From: a virus
Length of the DNA: 64,000 bases
IMG/VR virus record: IMGVR_UViG_3300008259_000237
Location: 5,138 to 69,137 of that record
Reading direction: 5' to 3' (one strand)
Position 1 is the first letter of the stretch. Every line of letters begins with the position of its first letter. The notes under the pieces are model-generated. The model saw nothing but the letters and a program-made list of their open reading frames with translations, was not told the origin of the DNA and searched no databases. Position numbers and translations under genes: made by a program. Below, in pieces: positions 40,401 through 49,716 of the stretch.

Positions 40401-41523
40401 TAAAAACATTTTTTAAAACAAATGGACGTGTTTTATCCATATATGTGTTAAACCATGAAAGTGCCTGTGTATAATAAACTTCTTGGGTGTAGTCGTTTAT
40501 CGTTTTTTGATACGAGTCCAGTTGAGTTAATGGGTCTAAGTTTTGTTTTGTAAAACTATCCAAAATGTTTTTAATAAAATTTTCAATTCTGTCTCTCATT
40601 TGGACAACCGTTATCTCTGGAAAATCATCAGGTATTAAACCTTTTGATTTATATTCTGAATAAACTTCTTTAATTTTTTCATAACCTCCTTCAACAAATC
40701 CAGGATTTACGGGTACAGTAGGTGTTTCCCCTCCTTGAATTGCCTTCGCGCTTATACTCGATTTAAACATGTGTGGTGTTGCCAATAACATTCCCATAGA
40801 TATTTCCGCCAACATACTATATTTGTATGTATAAAAAATTAAGGATATATTGAAATTACCATTAGTAGAATCATATCTACTATTAAAGTTTTGTAACATT
40901 AATTCGAGTCGTAATGCTTTACCATAATAACCTTTTATGGTTAGATAGAATTTGGGGTACGGTAAATTGAAAAACGCAGCGTATGGCGAATTATTTCCCG
41001 CTTCAAACATCGCTCTACCTTTTATGTCGACAAGTTCTACTCGAATTACAGGTAAAAAAGAAGTATCAAATGTCATACTGATACTAACGATACCTAAAAG
41101 ACCTGTATCTGTGGTCCCTGGCTTACCTCCTGACATTGTTGATTGTCTAATATAAAAGTCATCACTTCTATTAGGATTTTGTATTCTAGTTTGACTAGAT
41201 TGGTTAATACCTTCACCCTTTAAAGAATCTTTCCCTGTGATTTCATCGGTGTAAGTATTATCCAAATAAGGTTTGTTACCAGGTTTCAAAAAGTTAATAG
41301 AAGCAATGGGTAATGTTTGAACCGCATCATTTAAATTAACCCCGACCGCCAACTTTGTTCTAGGTAACATTTTCGCTTCCAAGTTGGCGTACATCACCAA
41401 ATCTTCTTGATTAACATATCTTTCTTTAATATTACCCTGTTCATCAACAACTTTATTTGGGTCTATGATTGTAATATTATTAAAATCAAATTCTGTTAAA
41501 ATATTTTCGGATTTACCTACCAT
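34468..41523 (-). CDS. Very large baseplate hub-like protein
   Basis: 2351 aa. Near the C-terminus, CTISMMGNAMMQP..GPYMILKVTHSI..FETIVEG resembles the gp27/GPD hub motif; follows the gp53-like gene. Confidence 0.6.
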   Translation of the reverse strand: MVGKSENILTEFDFNNITIIDPNKVVDEQGNIKERYVNQEDLVMYANLEAKMLPRTKLAVGVNLNDAVQTLPIASINFLKPGNKPYLDNTYTDEITGKDSLKGEGINQSSQTRIQNPNRSDDFYIRQSTMSGGKPGTTDTGLLGIVSISMTFDTSFLPVIRVELVDIKGRAMFEAGNNSPYAAFFNLPYPKFYLTIKGYYGKALRLELMLQNFNSRYDSTNGNFNISLIFYTYKYSMLAEISMGMLLATPHMFKSSISAKAIQGGETPTVPVNPGFVEGGYEKIKEVYSEYKSKGLIPDDFPEITVVQMRDRIENFIKNILDSFTKQNLDPLTQLDSYQKTINDYTQEVYYTQALSWFNTYMDKTRPFVLKNVFKTKVYTFKPEFDKQAQADATSKLDGIIQKYNGILKNNETVGTNGNYTIDGKTKPASIPFNITLDTTFLRTFTSVDEIDFTETIRLISGGTSAYTDTSSAEYIALEQDLRARAVLNSADVTLSNGEIKQVYKYFAFENNEKEILNKVSNFLNPTFLGEIAEMEKKLKAIRLQIEQELTDALQKLLQSSDNGIGFSPTIRNVLAVIFANGEAFIRLMDDTHREAWNQRNNPVRKAAIFNKQTAEANPDNLNSGLDAETPVYPWPQFLVATTGEGGKEMFEIKYPGDSDVITQTQGFDYEAWPEIEFEEEFIKGYVERTQPPQNQVTNFNQLSDVKRISFNAIEYPINNGVFYNKEEIKFFFEIYERVFFTSNYSKLSRANESLGETDKVVDAIADAEARNVLEALGSTNPFLIEKIKNYGFNSANYLNTLRHFSNEGTGQSWQNYLRGIFNSSYIKNLQNNAEFEFMDVATLLTPISTPLLSLESEKNVTEFISAKTVSNIVDFTDIYPFTNPTFCQQGLANGNSSGGIKGAFETSNVISFNDSKKIITNFLGFTKPDSVRPVTNFVYKKTVVPQVDTDTIKSFYEGRTPKKQLVTEGNVNYSSYNGLVSSAQTTSMFNTPFFINSIVEGVEKFRNNDLNPYTVPAYLFINSLPLATLREKYQTFETSNDEGVFSKPLDYIFATMKKFGAIHKVPYPWILKIGSIWYRYKKFIEDGIDILDISWTNFDAVKNYDPQGNDPTKIYGLILEGAPFDIVLQKDTIFGTETSTVINTGFYPGLINKFNVFFQGFEIINTDVDIKGVCSFQGNVMTVSSVNFNSLTAGYVLNVQGLGTTTILSQEPGGTPGGTGTYLVSTSQNLSGSSFTVTNFFNTPYSTQSIQDALAKGIKIEYSSDSILDFPEGFDPSNPQRDLRIINWSVLVDDNTGRNQYVFPSQGSNYNQVQNECFENGQIKVEVNNNASMYNGSVRMFWASPHFGYFDLSKLTKPSPSEYLKTIFFDKEEQDNFTLNGSVNYTKISEIFSVFEKEILDQLEEEFLNFSKCKYDYVDTGLIKPLAMTEYYAQMAATDTTSTADPSVLNQSTATTATTNVTQTTNADAELNASFKNFQILFTNLMKVPKTTGDTGDQIISQIKDSQTVNIANTIEKFMNFDVAFKFGNPSNYNKRLFNSFAPVQIVDPFTWEGYKETTPNALPASNNLVSLANSKSNYPDAWKALETYVGFSELSSLEYSNSGSYITDFFIDLNVAFNENNIKNLYPMIKIYATQKLTQYQKDPTPPSLPSTPTLPKNVLEIAYLKNGYRVLVFKQGPRRVAQLRDENDQEIITGLPISSSISDVNNKLIKERIVDYFGFFSENPDDPQFIVNKEIAPIPEYTESPNPEGKWSSNALSNSVDIYNRKIEEFQNKILDSVFIKLRNSYANFTIVPETIKQSVLEGPQPKVDLWGTFKAINDKWIAGNDFKQKTLFEDVLLLDRASRNVGDFVLCDIYKLKSRLKTVEPIMDMQTFVNAILEENNFVVMSIPGYMNFYNVQEAQKNAKPKLDNTSIFANNLFGTFLEVDYRESSTKMVCFYTNQPSMHVDVKDNVDYMFRDDSFEITRSSNNPLAENQIDKKDWDKSNKVVGFTVDIGPQNQSIFHGFNVSQGNSQSTAESLEVIEQMANQAGNRAVGTQNTSLYNLYKNRSYSCTISMMGNAMMQPTMYFNLRYVPMFHGPYMILKVTHSINPGNFETIVEGIRQPTASLPKVEQFLTLLKTNLLNSIVEESKRQKEAQDKAQKTADNAKTISQQLNNFVTTNPSSSASANQSCSANTSYANFTKEQAVSRTATANEVKNKIKELVDDISLGDVDKNNLKIMVFVSTYIASAAQPSGFKANNYNFIGLDLNEYWGDNYINKTYFCSGDNVPYASFDSLKTSLTFLVERWKGRIVTMPNNPTEVEYTKFWIENFAANTSGRDAIYSNYDPSQLSSLQNEVKSAISLFNSTN

Positions 41524-41839
41524 AATAGAAGAAGTGGTTGTTCAGAGCGTTATTATAATCTTGTAAAGATGCTACTAAAGGAAATGGAATTGTCAATATT
41601 GAGCCGTCATTTATATTCCATTCTTGTCCCCCGTAAATCGGATTAGCCATCATTATTAACCAACCAAAATATGGTGTTCCATAATATTGTTGTGAAATTT
41701 TATCTAATCTTGATTGTCCAACCTTGTAAATAAATCTTTTATCTGTTGATTTACTTCGTAGATTAACATATGGTACAACTGTTTGTTGTCCATTAACTAC
41801 AAAATTATTATATCTATTATAATATTGTCTACTTGGCAT
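41513..41839 (-). CDS. LysM-like baseplate protein (T4 gp53 / P2 gpX-like)
   Basis: RLDKISQQYYG...WLIMMANP...G.ILTIP. Confidence 0.8.
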   Translation of the reverse strand: MPSRQYYNRYNNFVVNGQQTVVPYVNLRSKSTDKRFIYKVGQSRLDKISQQYYGTPYFGWLIMMANPIYGGQEWNINDGSILTIPFPLVASLQDYNNALNNHFFYYGR

Positions 41840-41840
41840 T

Positions 41841-44800
41841 TTACTTGAATTTGAATGGGTTTAAGTATAAATCTTTTATCAGTTCTCCATTAGCCGCCTC
41901 AGAAGAATTTGGTGTTGTGTCATAAACAAACTTTCTTAATTTACCTTTTACATACATAATTTCATCCAAACCATCGACATATAATTTATAGTCTTTGTCT
42001 TTCTTGAAGTCCGATATATATTTTTCGTCATCTTTTTGTTGTTTTTTGTACCTATCGGCCGCGTCTTCAACTATTCTTCTAACTCTTCTAACCAGTTGAT
42101 TATCACTATCTAAAGTTTTTAATAATTCATTTAAGAATTCATCTCTTTTAGCATTATCATTCAGAGTTCTTGACATTATTATATAAAAATATTTATCATA
42201 TTCTCCTTCTAAATTTGTATCTACCCCTGTTGATAGGAAATTACCATCCTCATATTGGTCGGTAAATACATTATATTCTTCCGAACAAAGTGTATTAAAA
42301 TTCTCACTTCTAGTTATGAAACGTTCAAAATCATCCTTAAGTTCCGCCAATGTGTCCTCGGGTGTTGTCTCACTAGCTGCAGAAATTTCTGACGTGCCAG
42401 ATGTGTTATAAACTCTAGGAACATTACCTGATAATAACTTACCATCTAAAGATTGTGAAACTAAACTAACTTTTCTTACCGTTTGGAAAAAATCTTGTTC
42501 GAAAACAGTAATTTCTTGTATTATTGTAGATAAATTTGTTGAGAATGTGTTTTGGTTATTTTTTAAGTAGTTTTTTAAATTATCTTTTAGGACATCAACA
42601 ATAATTCCTGAATAGGTATATTCCATTAAAAATGTTTTAATGATTGGATTGTCGTCGTCGGTCACCGCTTGAATATTTTTTTCAAAAATTTCAGTAACTA
42701 ATCCTTCATATTTAGATGGGTTTCCATATAGATATACTTTATTTTCTTCCGAACCATTTTTAACATATAATTGTTCTGCGGCTTCGACATTAATTTCTTT
42801 AGCATGATTCACCAACATTAAAACACCGTAATTATTTTGTTTAACAACACTCTCTAACTGATTTATTATTGTTGTAAAATAACCTTTAGCACCATCATAT
42901 AATTTATCCATAATATCTTTATACCCAATTTCACCAGTTTGTCCACTAACAACAGGTATTGTCGTAATAACGGTTCCGATTGTGGTTCCACCATCATTAG
43001 GTTGTTGATTTTGAACTTGGTTTGGTGTGGCGGATTCTTCACCAGTTAACGTATCATTAACTAAAGTTTTATCTAACGCGGATGTGTCTTCTGTAGGAAC
43101 CGCTCTTTCATCATACATTTCAGTATTTGCATAATAATTAAACGATAACGCATTTTGTAGTTGTTCTACAGGTTTTGCCAATCCCATTCCACCAATGATA
43201 TTAAAACTTAAGCTAATGGTCGCAATCATTGGTTGTACTCCAATTCCTTCGGGATTTAAATCAAATACTAAAGGTTCATAACCTATTTGTAATCCTGTTG
43301 GAATTATTTTAGTATGGAAAAAGTCCCCTATTCTTAAAATTAAAACGGGGGGAGCTCCAAACGAAGTGTTTCTCGCATTATCATATATTGGTGTTCCGTC
43401 AGGTCCTATTGTTGGTATTGTTTCACCAGGTCTCATACATTGATTCAAAAAAGTGAGTCTAGAATTTAAACCTTCAGGTGTCATAGAGTGAAACGCGGGA
43501 CTAAAATATTTTATTTTTTCTTTTATTGTCCCATATACAAATGGATTACTTTCTTTTATCACTTCGAAATAATCACACTCTGTTAATAATTTTCTCAAAA
43601 TTTGTTTTCCAATCCCTTCTTTTAATTTTTTTACAACACTAACCGTTGGTTCAGGTCGTGGGGGATATACTGTTACCGTAGTTCCTGATGGTGTAAGAAC
43701 TGTATTTTGTTTTACTTCTTTTAAAACTTTTTCAGGTTCTCCCTCTACAGTTATCTTACCTGGTATTGCATTGATATTTGAAATTCTAACTCTTCTACAA
43801 GCCATTGCACTTACAGAATAGATTTGAGAATTATCAGTAACATTATTATTTTTATCCCTAACATCTGCAGTACAATTAACAGATTCTTGAGTTTGAACCC
43901 CTGAGTCAGTGGTTGATTCTGTTGTGGTTCCAGTTGTAACCTCATTAGATTTTTGAGGTATTGATATTTCTTCACCAGCAGCGTTGGTTGAATTAAACTT
44001 AAATTTACCATTCTCTATAAACGGTTTTAATGAAGTGGTGTTAAAGAAATTTTTAATACAATCAATCCTTCTAGCCGACAACGACTTATTATAATCAACA
44101 GAAGCTGTGGCAGACGCGGACCCAACTAAATCTATAGAAATTTCGGAACCGTTTTCTAATAGAGCTTTAGCATCAGGAATAAATTGATTTTTTATAAATT
44201 CAAAATTATTTTTTATAATCTCGTTAAAAAATTCATCTGTCTTGGAATTAAAGTTGTCGGAATTAAAAGTTACTGAAGCTTTCTGTAGATATGTTGACTG
44301 TTGTCCAATATATGTATTATAGGTCGATTCATAATTTTCCGAAGTGGTGGTAACACTTTTATTTTGAGGTCCTGGTATATCATTATCAAAGTAAAATGCA
44401 AATCCTAAATATTTTGTATTGAATGTTGCGGCGGCCGGGTCTTCTATTTCTTTTGTAGTTGGTTGGTCCATATAAACATTCTCATTTGTCGTGACCGGAA
44501 CATCAATAGGAATTTCTCTTTTTACCCCTTGTAATTCTTCAGGTGTTAATCTTGGGTTGTTAATAATCTCTTGATATGTATATAAATCTTTGGTAGGGAT
44601 TGTATTAAATTTTTTAGCCAGTTCATATATGTCATACTTAACACAACCCGCAAAGAATGAATCGATAATTGAATTTATTTTTTCTTTATTTTGTCCTTTT
44701 AATTGTTTTTCAACAATTATATTTAGAATTGATGGGTTATCTACTACAATCTTCCATGATAATTGCCCCGTTCTACTTGAATCTTTATATGTATAGATTT

Positions 44801-46865
44801 GTTCGGGTCTACCTAAAAATGTTTGTCCATTAAAGTTCGCAGAACTACTTTCTGAAAATTTAATGTCGTAAGGAGGAAACCACATTACCCTACCTCCATT
44901 TGGTCCTTTCTCACAGTCGGGTAATTCATCATATGTAAATCCAGGTCTAGATGATGTTCTCCAAGCTAAGTTTTCTATAGAAAACATATATTTTTTGGCA
45001 ACTATAGTACCCTGAGCATTTTTCTGTAAATTTGTAGACCCTATTCTTTCTTCTGAAGACCCTCGTAATGGTGCTATATTCAAATTATATGTACTATCTA
45101 ATACCGAATTAGTGAATCTTCTACCACTTGTTGTAATACCATCTCTCTTTTGTAAATCCGCGTAAGTTAAGTAAGGGGTATCTTTTGCAAAAACTCTACA
45201 ATATTCACGACCTACTTCACCTCCAGTTGTATTATCAGAATACGATAAAACTTGAGAGCCCTTAGTCATCTCTTTGTATCCGTCATTAAAAACTTTACTA
45301 ACCTGGTTTATTGCGTTACCTACATGTTTTAATTTTTGTATTCCTTGTAAATTATCCGCCGATTGTATTAATCTTTGAGTATTATCTAATATTGAGTTCT
45401 TTTTAAACTCTAAGTTTGTAGATTCGGCCTTTGAATAATCTGCGTTTATAACATTAAATTCTTCGTCTTTACTACCTACTCCTCCACCTACAGTTGGATG
45501 ATATCCCGCAGCCCCCTTGAATTTAGGGCTAGTCCAAACAAAATTTCCTGTAATATTATCTGTATCGGCAAAGGATTTTGCCTTCAACCCAAAATTTATA
45601 TTATCCTCATTACCCTCAAATAAAATGGCCAATTCAGAAGGGCCATATACAGGTGCATTAACTTGTCTTCCGTAGGCATCAACAGGTACTTGATTTGGGG
45701 GTGAGGTAATTTGTCCCGGCTCCGCATTTCTACTACCAACATAATAACCACTTTCCGCTTCACCACCTGGTGTTAAAGCGTTAACAACACCTTGTACTAA
45801 TCCCTGAGCAATACCTAATAACCCACCCAAAGTTTGTCTGTACGCGGGTTGATATCTATTATAATCTATATTATTAAACAACGCCGACCTTTGAGCGTTT
45901 CCTGTGTTTGCTAAAAATATTTCTGATGGATTTCTAGTTATATTAAGTACAGGTCCTAAAAATCCACCTGTTAGTTGATTAGTAACATTTAAAGCGTTTG
46001 ATACTTGTGCGGATTGTGAATTAGGTGGATTTTCATCAAAATAATCACCTGGTATTGGTGATACTGGCCAATACGCACTTGCCAATCTTGTAGCCAAATC
46101 AACCGCTCTAAGTACAGGGTTTTCAGGAACTGTAATTCTCCAATTTTGATAAACAAGTGGTTGTTGTCCTGTAATTAACAAACTTGCATTAAATGGGTCT
46201 TGTAGTGACTGAAGATTAACTTGTCCAACCGTGTTTTGAAATATTTCTGCGGATATTCTAGCTTGAAAAGCGTCTCTTAAAGATTCCGCAGCTAACCTAA
46301 CCATATAAGAATCCTGTGACAAAGGTCCGTCACTTCCTGTTGGATTTGTTGAGATTAAAATCTCATATGGTGAATATATTGATGGTATAAAACTTGGGGG
46401 TTCCCAATAAGGAAGAAAAATTTTATTTATATTTTCATAATCATCAACTGAGTATAATAAAACATATCCATCTTCAGGTCTATATGTGTTTACTTGATTA
46501 GGTGAAAATATAGATACATTAAGATAAAAATTAGAATCTTCGACTACGGGACTATTGGTTAAAGGCCAATAAGGTCCTTGATTAGGGTCTACAGGAACCA
46601 ATGGTCCGTTAAATGTTATTTCCAAATTATATCCACCATCAGGACCAAATTCGTTAAGAGGATATAATTTATTTGCAAAAGGATTTTCTGCAATTAATTC
46701 ATCAGGTGAGTCAATTGTTGAGTAACTTGATAAAACGGTTTCATAAGTCAGATTTGTTACCGGAGGTGAGTAAACACCAGGAACATTATATGGTGCTAAA
46801 TTTTTAGCCAATAATTTATTCCTAAATGTTTCAGTAGATGCAAATGTTAATGTACTTTCTGACAT
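41841..46865 (-). CDS. Tail tube initiator-like protein with an inserted OmpA-like domain
   Basis: FLGRPEQIYTY..SSRT and APPVLILRIGD (tube-initiator-like) flank FYFDND..GSAS....YNKSLSARR..RRVRI (OmpA_C-like). Confidence 0.65.
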   Translation of the reverse strand: MSESTLTFASTETFRNKLLAKNLAPYNVPGVYSPPVTNLTYETVLSSYSTIDSPDELIAENPFANKLYPLNEFGPDGGYNLEITFNGPLVPVDPNQGPYWPLTNSPVVEDSNFYLNVSIFSPNQVNTYRPEDGYVLLYSVDDYENINKIFLPYWEPPSFIPSIYSPYEILISTNPTGSDGPLSQDSYMVRLAAESLRDAFQARISAEIFQNTVGQVNLQSLQDPFNASLLITGQQPLVYQNWRITVPENPVLRAVDLATRLASAYWPVSPIPGDYFDENPPNSQSAQVSNALNVTNQLTGGFLGPVLNITRNPSEIFLANTGNAQRSALFNNIDYNRYQPAYRQTLGGLLGIAQGLVQGVVNALTPGGEAESGYYVGSRNAEPGQITSPPNQVPVDAYGRQVNAPVYGPSELAILFEGNEDNINFGLKAKSFADTDNITGNFVWTSPKFKGAAGYHPTVGGGVGSKDEEFNVINADYSKAESTNLEFKKNSILDNTQRLIQSADNLQGIQKLKHVGNAINQVSKVFNDGYKEMTKGSQVLSYSDNTTGGEVGREYCRVFAKDTPYLTYADLQKRDGITTSGRRFTNSVLDSTYNLNIAPLRGSSEERIGSTNLQKNAQGTIVAKKYMFSIENLAWRTSSRPGFTYDELPDCEKGPNGGRVMWFPPYDIKFSESSSANFNGQTFLGRPEQIYTYKDSSRTGQLSWKIVVDNPSILNIIVEKQLKGQNKEKINSIIDSFFAGCVKYDIYELAKKFNTIPTKDLYTYQEIINNPRLTPEELQGVKREIPIDVPVTTNENVYMDQPTTKEIEDPAAATFNTKYLGFAFYFDNDIPGPQNKSVTTTSENYESTYNTYIGQQSTYLQKASVTFNSDNFNSKTDEFFNEIIKNNFEFIKNQFIPDAKALLENGSEISIDLVGSASATASVDYNKSLSARRIDCIKNFFNTTSLKPFIENGKFKFNSTNAAGEEISIPQKSNEVTTGTTTESTTDSGVQTQESVNCTADVRDKNNNVTDNSQIYSVSAMACRRVRISNINAIPGKITVEGEPEKVLKEVKQNTVLTPSGTTVTVYPPRPEPTVSVVKKLKEGIGKQILRKLLTECDYFEVIKESNPFVYGTIKEKIKYFSPAFHSMTPEGLNSRLTFLNQCMRPGETIPTIGPDGTPIYDNARNTSFGAPPVLILRIGDFFHTKIIPTGLQIGYEPLVFDLNPEGIGVQPMIATISLSFNIIGGMGLAKPVEQLQNALSFNYYANTEMYDERAVPTEDTSALDKTLVNDTLTGEESATPNQVQNQQPNDGGTTIGTVITTIPVVSGQTGEIGYKDIMDKLYDGAKGYFTTIINQLESVVKQNNYGVLMLVNHAKEINVEAAEQLYVKNGSEENKVYLYGNPSKYEGLVTEIFEKNIQAVTDDDNPIIKTFLMEYTYSGIIVDVLKDNLKNYLKNNQNTFSTNLSTIIQEITVFEQDFFQTVRKVSLVSQSLDGKLLSGNVPRVYNTSGTSEISAASETTPEDTLAELKDDFERFITRSENFNTLCSEEYNVFTDQYEDGNFLSTGVDTNLEGEYDKYFYIIMSRTLNDNAKRDEFLNELLKTLDSDNQLVRRVRRIVEDAADRYKKQQKDDEKYISDFKKDKDYKLYVDGLDEIMYVKGKLRKFVYDTTPNSSEAANGELIKDLYLNPFKFK

Positions 46866-46895
46866 TTAATGATTTTTAAATAAATAGATTATTAT

Positions 46896-48740
46896 CTATT
46901 TTTTTTCACCACTATTACTTTGACCGTAGTTAGTTTGTATCTCCTGTATTGCTTTAACTAAAGCCATCCTAAAATTAGGGTCTTCAAGGGCTTTTTGTAA
47001 TTGAGCGGTATCTACGTTTGATGGAGCGTCTAATGTCATTCTAATGTCTATTTTTCCATCATGCGACACCGTTTGAGTATTGCTCATAGTTGATGGTTGA
47101 TTAGTCCCTCCAACAGTATTTAATGTGTTATTAACCTCATTGGTCATCAACGATTGTGTTGTGGGTGGTTTTGTGTTTCCGGTTTCTTTATTAAATCCTT
47201 CATGTTCCTTAACAGTATCAACTGTTGCTCCAACCGCAGCGTTCACAACTTTTATAATTTCATTATTTGAGTTTTGTAATAATTGTGCGGTAGACATTGC
47301 TGATTCCATAGAAGTTTTAAACCCTCCTTGAAAGAATTCTGTCATTCCTTTCCCCGCATCTCCTAATGCGGTAAAAATATCCATAGCACTTCCTTCCCCT
47401 GTTAGAGCTTTAGTTAAAGAACCTAACACACCTGTCATTCCCTGTTCATATTGTGTTCTAATACCTTTAATATCAAACCCTTTAGCTAAGTCAGTTATCG
47501 TAGAGTAAGTTAGTTTCGCGGCTTCCAATTGGTCTTCCCCCATCTTACTTCCCGCAACCGCATATCCTGACCTATTCGCTAAAGCTTCCAAATTTTTATC
47601 AATATTTGTCTGAACATCAAGTTGAGCCTTAGCCATTTCTTCAACTGTTTTTGGCTGGCTTTCTTTCATGAACTCTTGGAATGCCTTTTGGTCTCCTTGG
47701 AACTTATCCATGAGTTTATTAACCTCAACCTCTTGTCCCTTATACTGAACTACGTACTCTCCAGTTTCACTCATTTCCGCCATATTGGCGATAAACTGTC
47801 TATCCTCTTCTTTGATTCCATCAGGAAACTTAATTTTCTGTAGTTTGTCATCAACTTCCTTAGCCCCAATGGCCATTTTAGCAAACTCACTATAGTTCAT
47901 ACCCATCGCCTTTGCGATTTCGGTCATCCTTCCTTTAGCCCCTGGCATGATTTCGAACTTACCTTTTTCATTAAGTTCAACAAACCCTTTACCTACTTCA
48001 GACATTTGTCTTTGTAGTTCGGCCGGGTCATTCCTCGACAAATCCATTAATTTTAATGGGTCAAGTAATTGTGATTGAGCAACTCCTAATCTTTGCAAAG
48101 CGGATGCTGCTTCGATAGCTCCTTCAGGATTGAATACCATATCCGCAAATTTAAAGGTGCTTTCCATACTCATGTTTATCATTTTAGCGTGACCCGCCAT
48201 CTTGGCTAAACCCTCAATCCCTCCATCAAAATGATATTCATTTAATTTACCCATATTTGTTACAACCATACTAGAAACGGCCTGAGCATTAACACCCATT
48301 TCTCTTGCGGAATTTACCACTTTTTCCATTTCTTTACCTGATTGATAGGTAGATATACCAACTTCTTTCATTGCAGGTAAAACCTTACTGATATCTTGAC
48401 CTGTAACTTGTTGCATTGCAAATATTTTTTCATACGCACTTGAGGCCAGTATCATATTCCTACCTAAAACTTCCCCAACGTCTTTTTGGATATCTACAAT
48501 GTCCGAAAATTTACCTCCTAATAGGGTTACTTCTGTGACCGCAGCGGTCATCGCCCCTTTTAATTCAACTATATTGTCTCTACCTAAACCAAAACTTTTG
48601 GTAATTTTCATGGTCTCGATGTCAACTTCGACCAATTTCTTTTTGACGGATTCTACGTCAAAGTTAGTAGCAATCGAGCTAGCAATTTCTTTACCTAAAT
48701 CAACAAAGACATCTCTAATTTCGGTTAACCCACTTGACAT
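46896..48740 (-). CDS. Putative tape measure protein
   Basis: Ala/Gly/Met-rich helical 614-aa ORF, located after the tube and chaperone genes. Confidence 0.65.
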   Translation of the reverse strand: MSSGLTEIRDVFVDLGKEIASSIATNFDVESVKKKLVEVDIETMKITKSFGLGRDNIVELKGAMTAAVTEVTLLGGKFSDIVDIQKDVGEVLGRNMILASSAYEKIFAMQQVTGQDISKVLPAMKEVGISTYQSGKEMEKVVNSAREMGVNAQAVSSMVVTNMGKLNEYHFDGGIEGLAKMAGHAKMINMSMESTFKFADMVFNPEGAIEAASALQRLGVAQSQLLDPLKLMDLSRNDPAELQRQMSEVGKGFVELNEKGKFEIMPGAKGRMTEIAKAMGMNYSEFAKMAIGAKEVDDKLQKIKFPDGIKEEDRQFIANMAEMSETGEYVVQYKGQEVEVNKLMDKFQGDQKAFQEFMKESQPKTVEEMAKAQLDVQTNIDKNLEALANRSGYAVAGSKMGEDQLEAAKLTYSTITDLAKGFDIKGIRTQYEQGMTGVLGSLTKALTGEGSAMDIFTALGDAGKGMTEFFQGGFKTSMESAMSTAQLLQNSNNEIIKVVNAAVGATVDTVKEHEGFNKETGNTKPPTTQSLMTNEVNNTLNTVGGTNQPSTMSNTQTVSHDGKIDIRMTLDAPSNVDTAQLQKALEDPNFRMALVKAIQEIQTNYGQSNSGEKK

Positions 48741-48769
48741 AATCTATTTTAAAATAAATAGAGAGAACA

Positions 48770-48931
48770 TTAGTTTTTATTTGGTGTATTGATTTCAATA
48801 ATCCTACCAACCAAATATTTTCTAACATAAGTGGGCATAAAAAGATACTCAGAGTATTGTGTCCTCAATACTCTTGACATCAATAGATATTCATCAATTA
48901 AGTATTGACGATAACTAGAAGAAAGGGCGAA
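48770..48931 (-). CDS. Tail chaperone extension ORF (T / E'-like or T4 gp51-like); not in the ORF track
   Basis: Open frame FALSSSYRQYLIDEYLLMSRVLRTQYSEYLFMPTYVRKYLVGRIIEINTPNKN* overlapping the upstream gene end; in-frame ATG at 48880. Confidence 0.7.
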   Translation of the reverse strand, partial: FALSSSYRQYLIDEYLLMSRVLRTQYSEYLFMPTYVRKYLVGRIIEINTPNKN

Positions 48932-49673
48932 AAAAGTCGGCCCCAAAAGTAACGTCTACTGTTACAATTTCTCCTGATGGGGCTTTTACTGTTTTTTTAA
49001 GGTCAAGACCTGGTTGATTATCTCTTAGAAAATTTCTAATATGTTTGGAATCGGATATTGGCATTTGGTCCACAAATTTAGCAATATTCCCTTTATCCCT
49101 ACTGCCGTTAAGTTCAACAACTTGTTTTGTCAATCTCCAAGTTATCTTGGGGGCGACTCTACCTGCCGGGTATTCGTTAGCCATTCTATCAATCTCAACA
49201 ATTTCAGAATAAGATAAAGGTTTTAATTTAACTTCAACCTGACTTTTAGGTAATTTAGTAACAAACAAGCCTTCCTCATTTGGTTTGTGTTCGGTTTGTT
49301 TGATATTTAACTCATCCAAACTAATTGAAGCTTCAAACATTTTACTTGTTTTTGGGTCCTCAACATTAATAAGGTATTCACTACCAAATGATGTATTTCT
49401 TAAAAAAATCATAATCGCCTCAACATCACCTTCAAGTAATTCTTCAGGTCTTAAGTCATGCTCATATAATTTATTTCTTAGTAATGTCAGTACCAAATTA
49501 TCTTGGACATTCATTGCCGCGTTAATAATTATATTTTCGTCGTTAGCCGTAAGATAACCTACTTTTACTGACTTCTTTTTAGATTTATAGAAAATACCAG
49601 CCGATGGTAATGATACAACATCGTGTGGTAATGAAAAATTTTCTGTTGCAGCTTGTAATAATTGAGCGTCCAT
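48915..49673 (-). CDS. Tail assembly chaperone (T4 gp26-like)
   Basis: VSLPS.G.FY, LTANDE, GDVEAIMIFLRNTSFG and terminal FFRPFF; lies between tube and tape measure. Confidence 0.75.
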   Translation of the reverse strand: MDAQLLQAATENFSLPHDVVSLPSAGIFYKSKKKSVKVGYLTANDENIIINAAMNVQDNLVLTLLRNKLYEHDLRPEELLEGDVEAIMIFLRNTSFGSEYLINVEDPKTSKMFEASISLDELNIKQTEHKPNEEGLFVTKLPKSQVEVKLKPLSYSEIVEIDRMANEYPAGRVAPKITWRLTKQVVELNGSRDKGNIAKFVDQMPISDSKHIRNFLRDNQPGLDLKKTVKAPSGEIVTVDVTFGADFFRPFF

Positions 49674-49716
49674 ACTTTTTTATTTTAAAAATAAGTTAGA
49701 TTAAAAATAAATAAAG

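Noticed and set aside
41841-41880. Abrupt-looking end of the 1674-aa gene as another deletion
   Set aside because: The stop lies 1 nt before the next ATG, consistent with a natural coupled junction.
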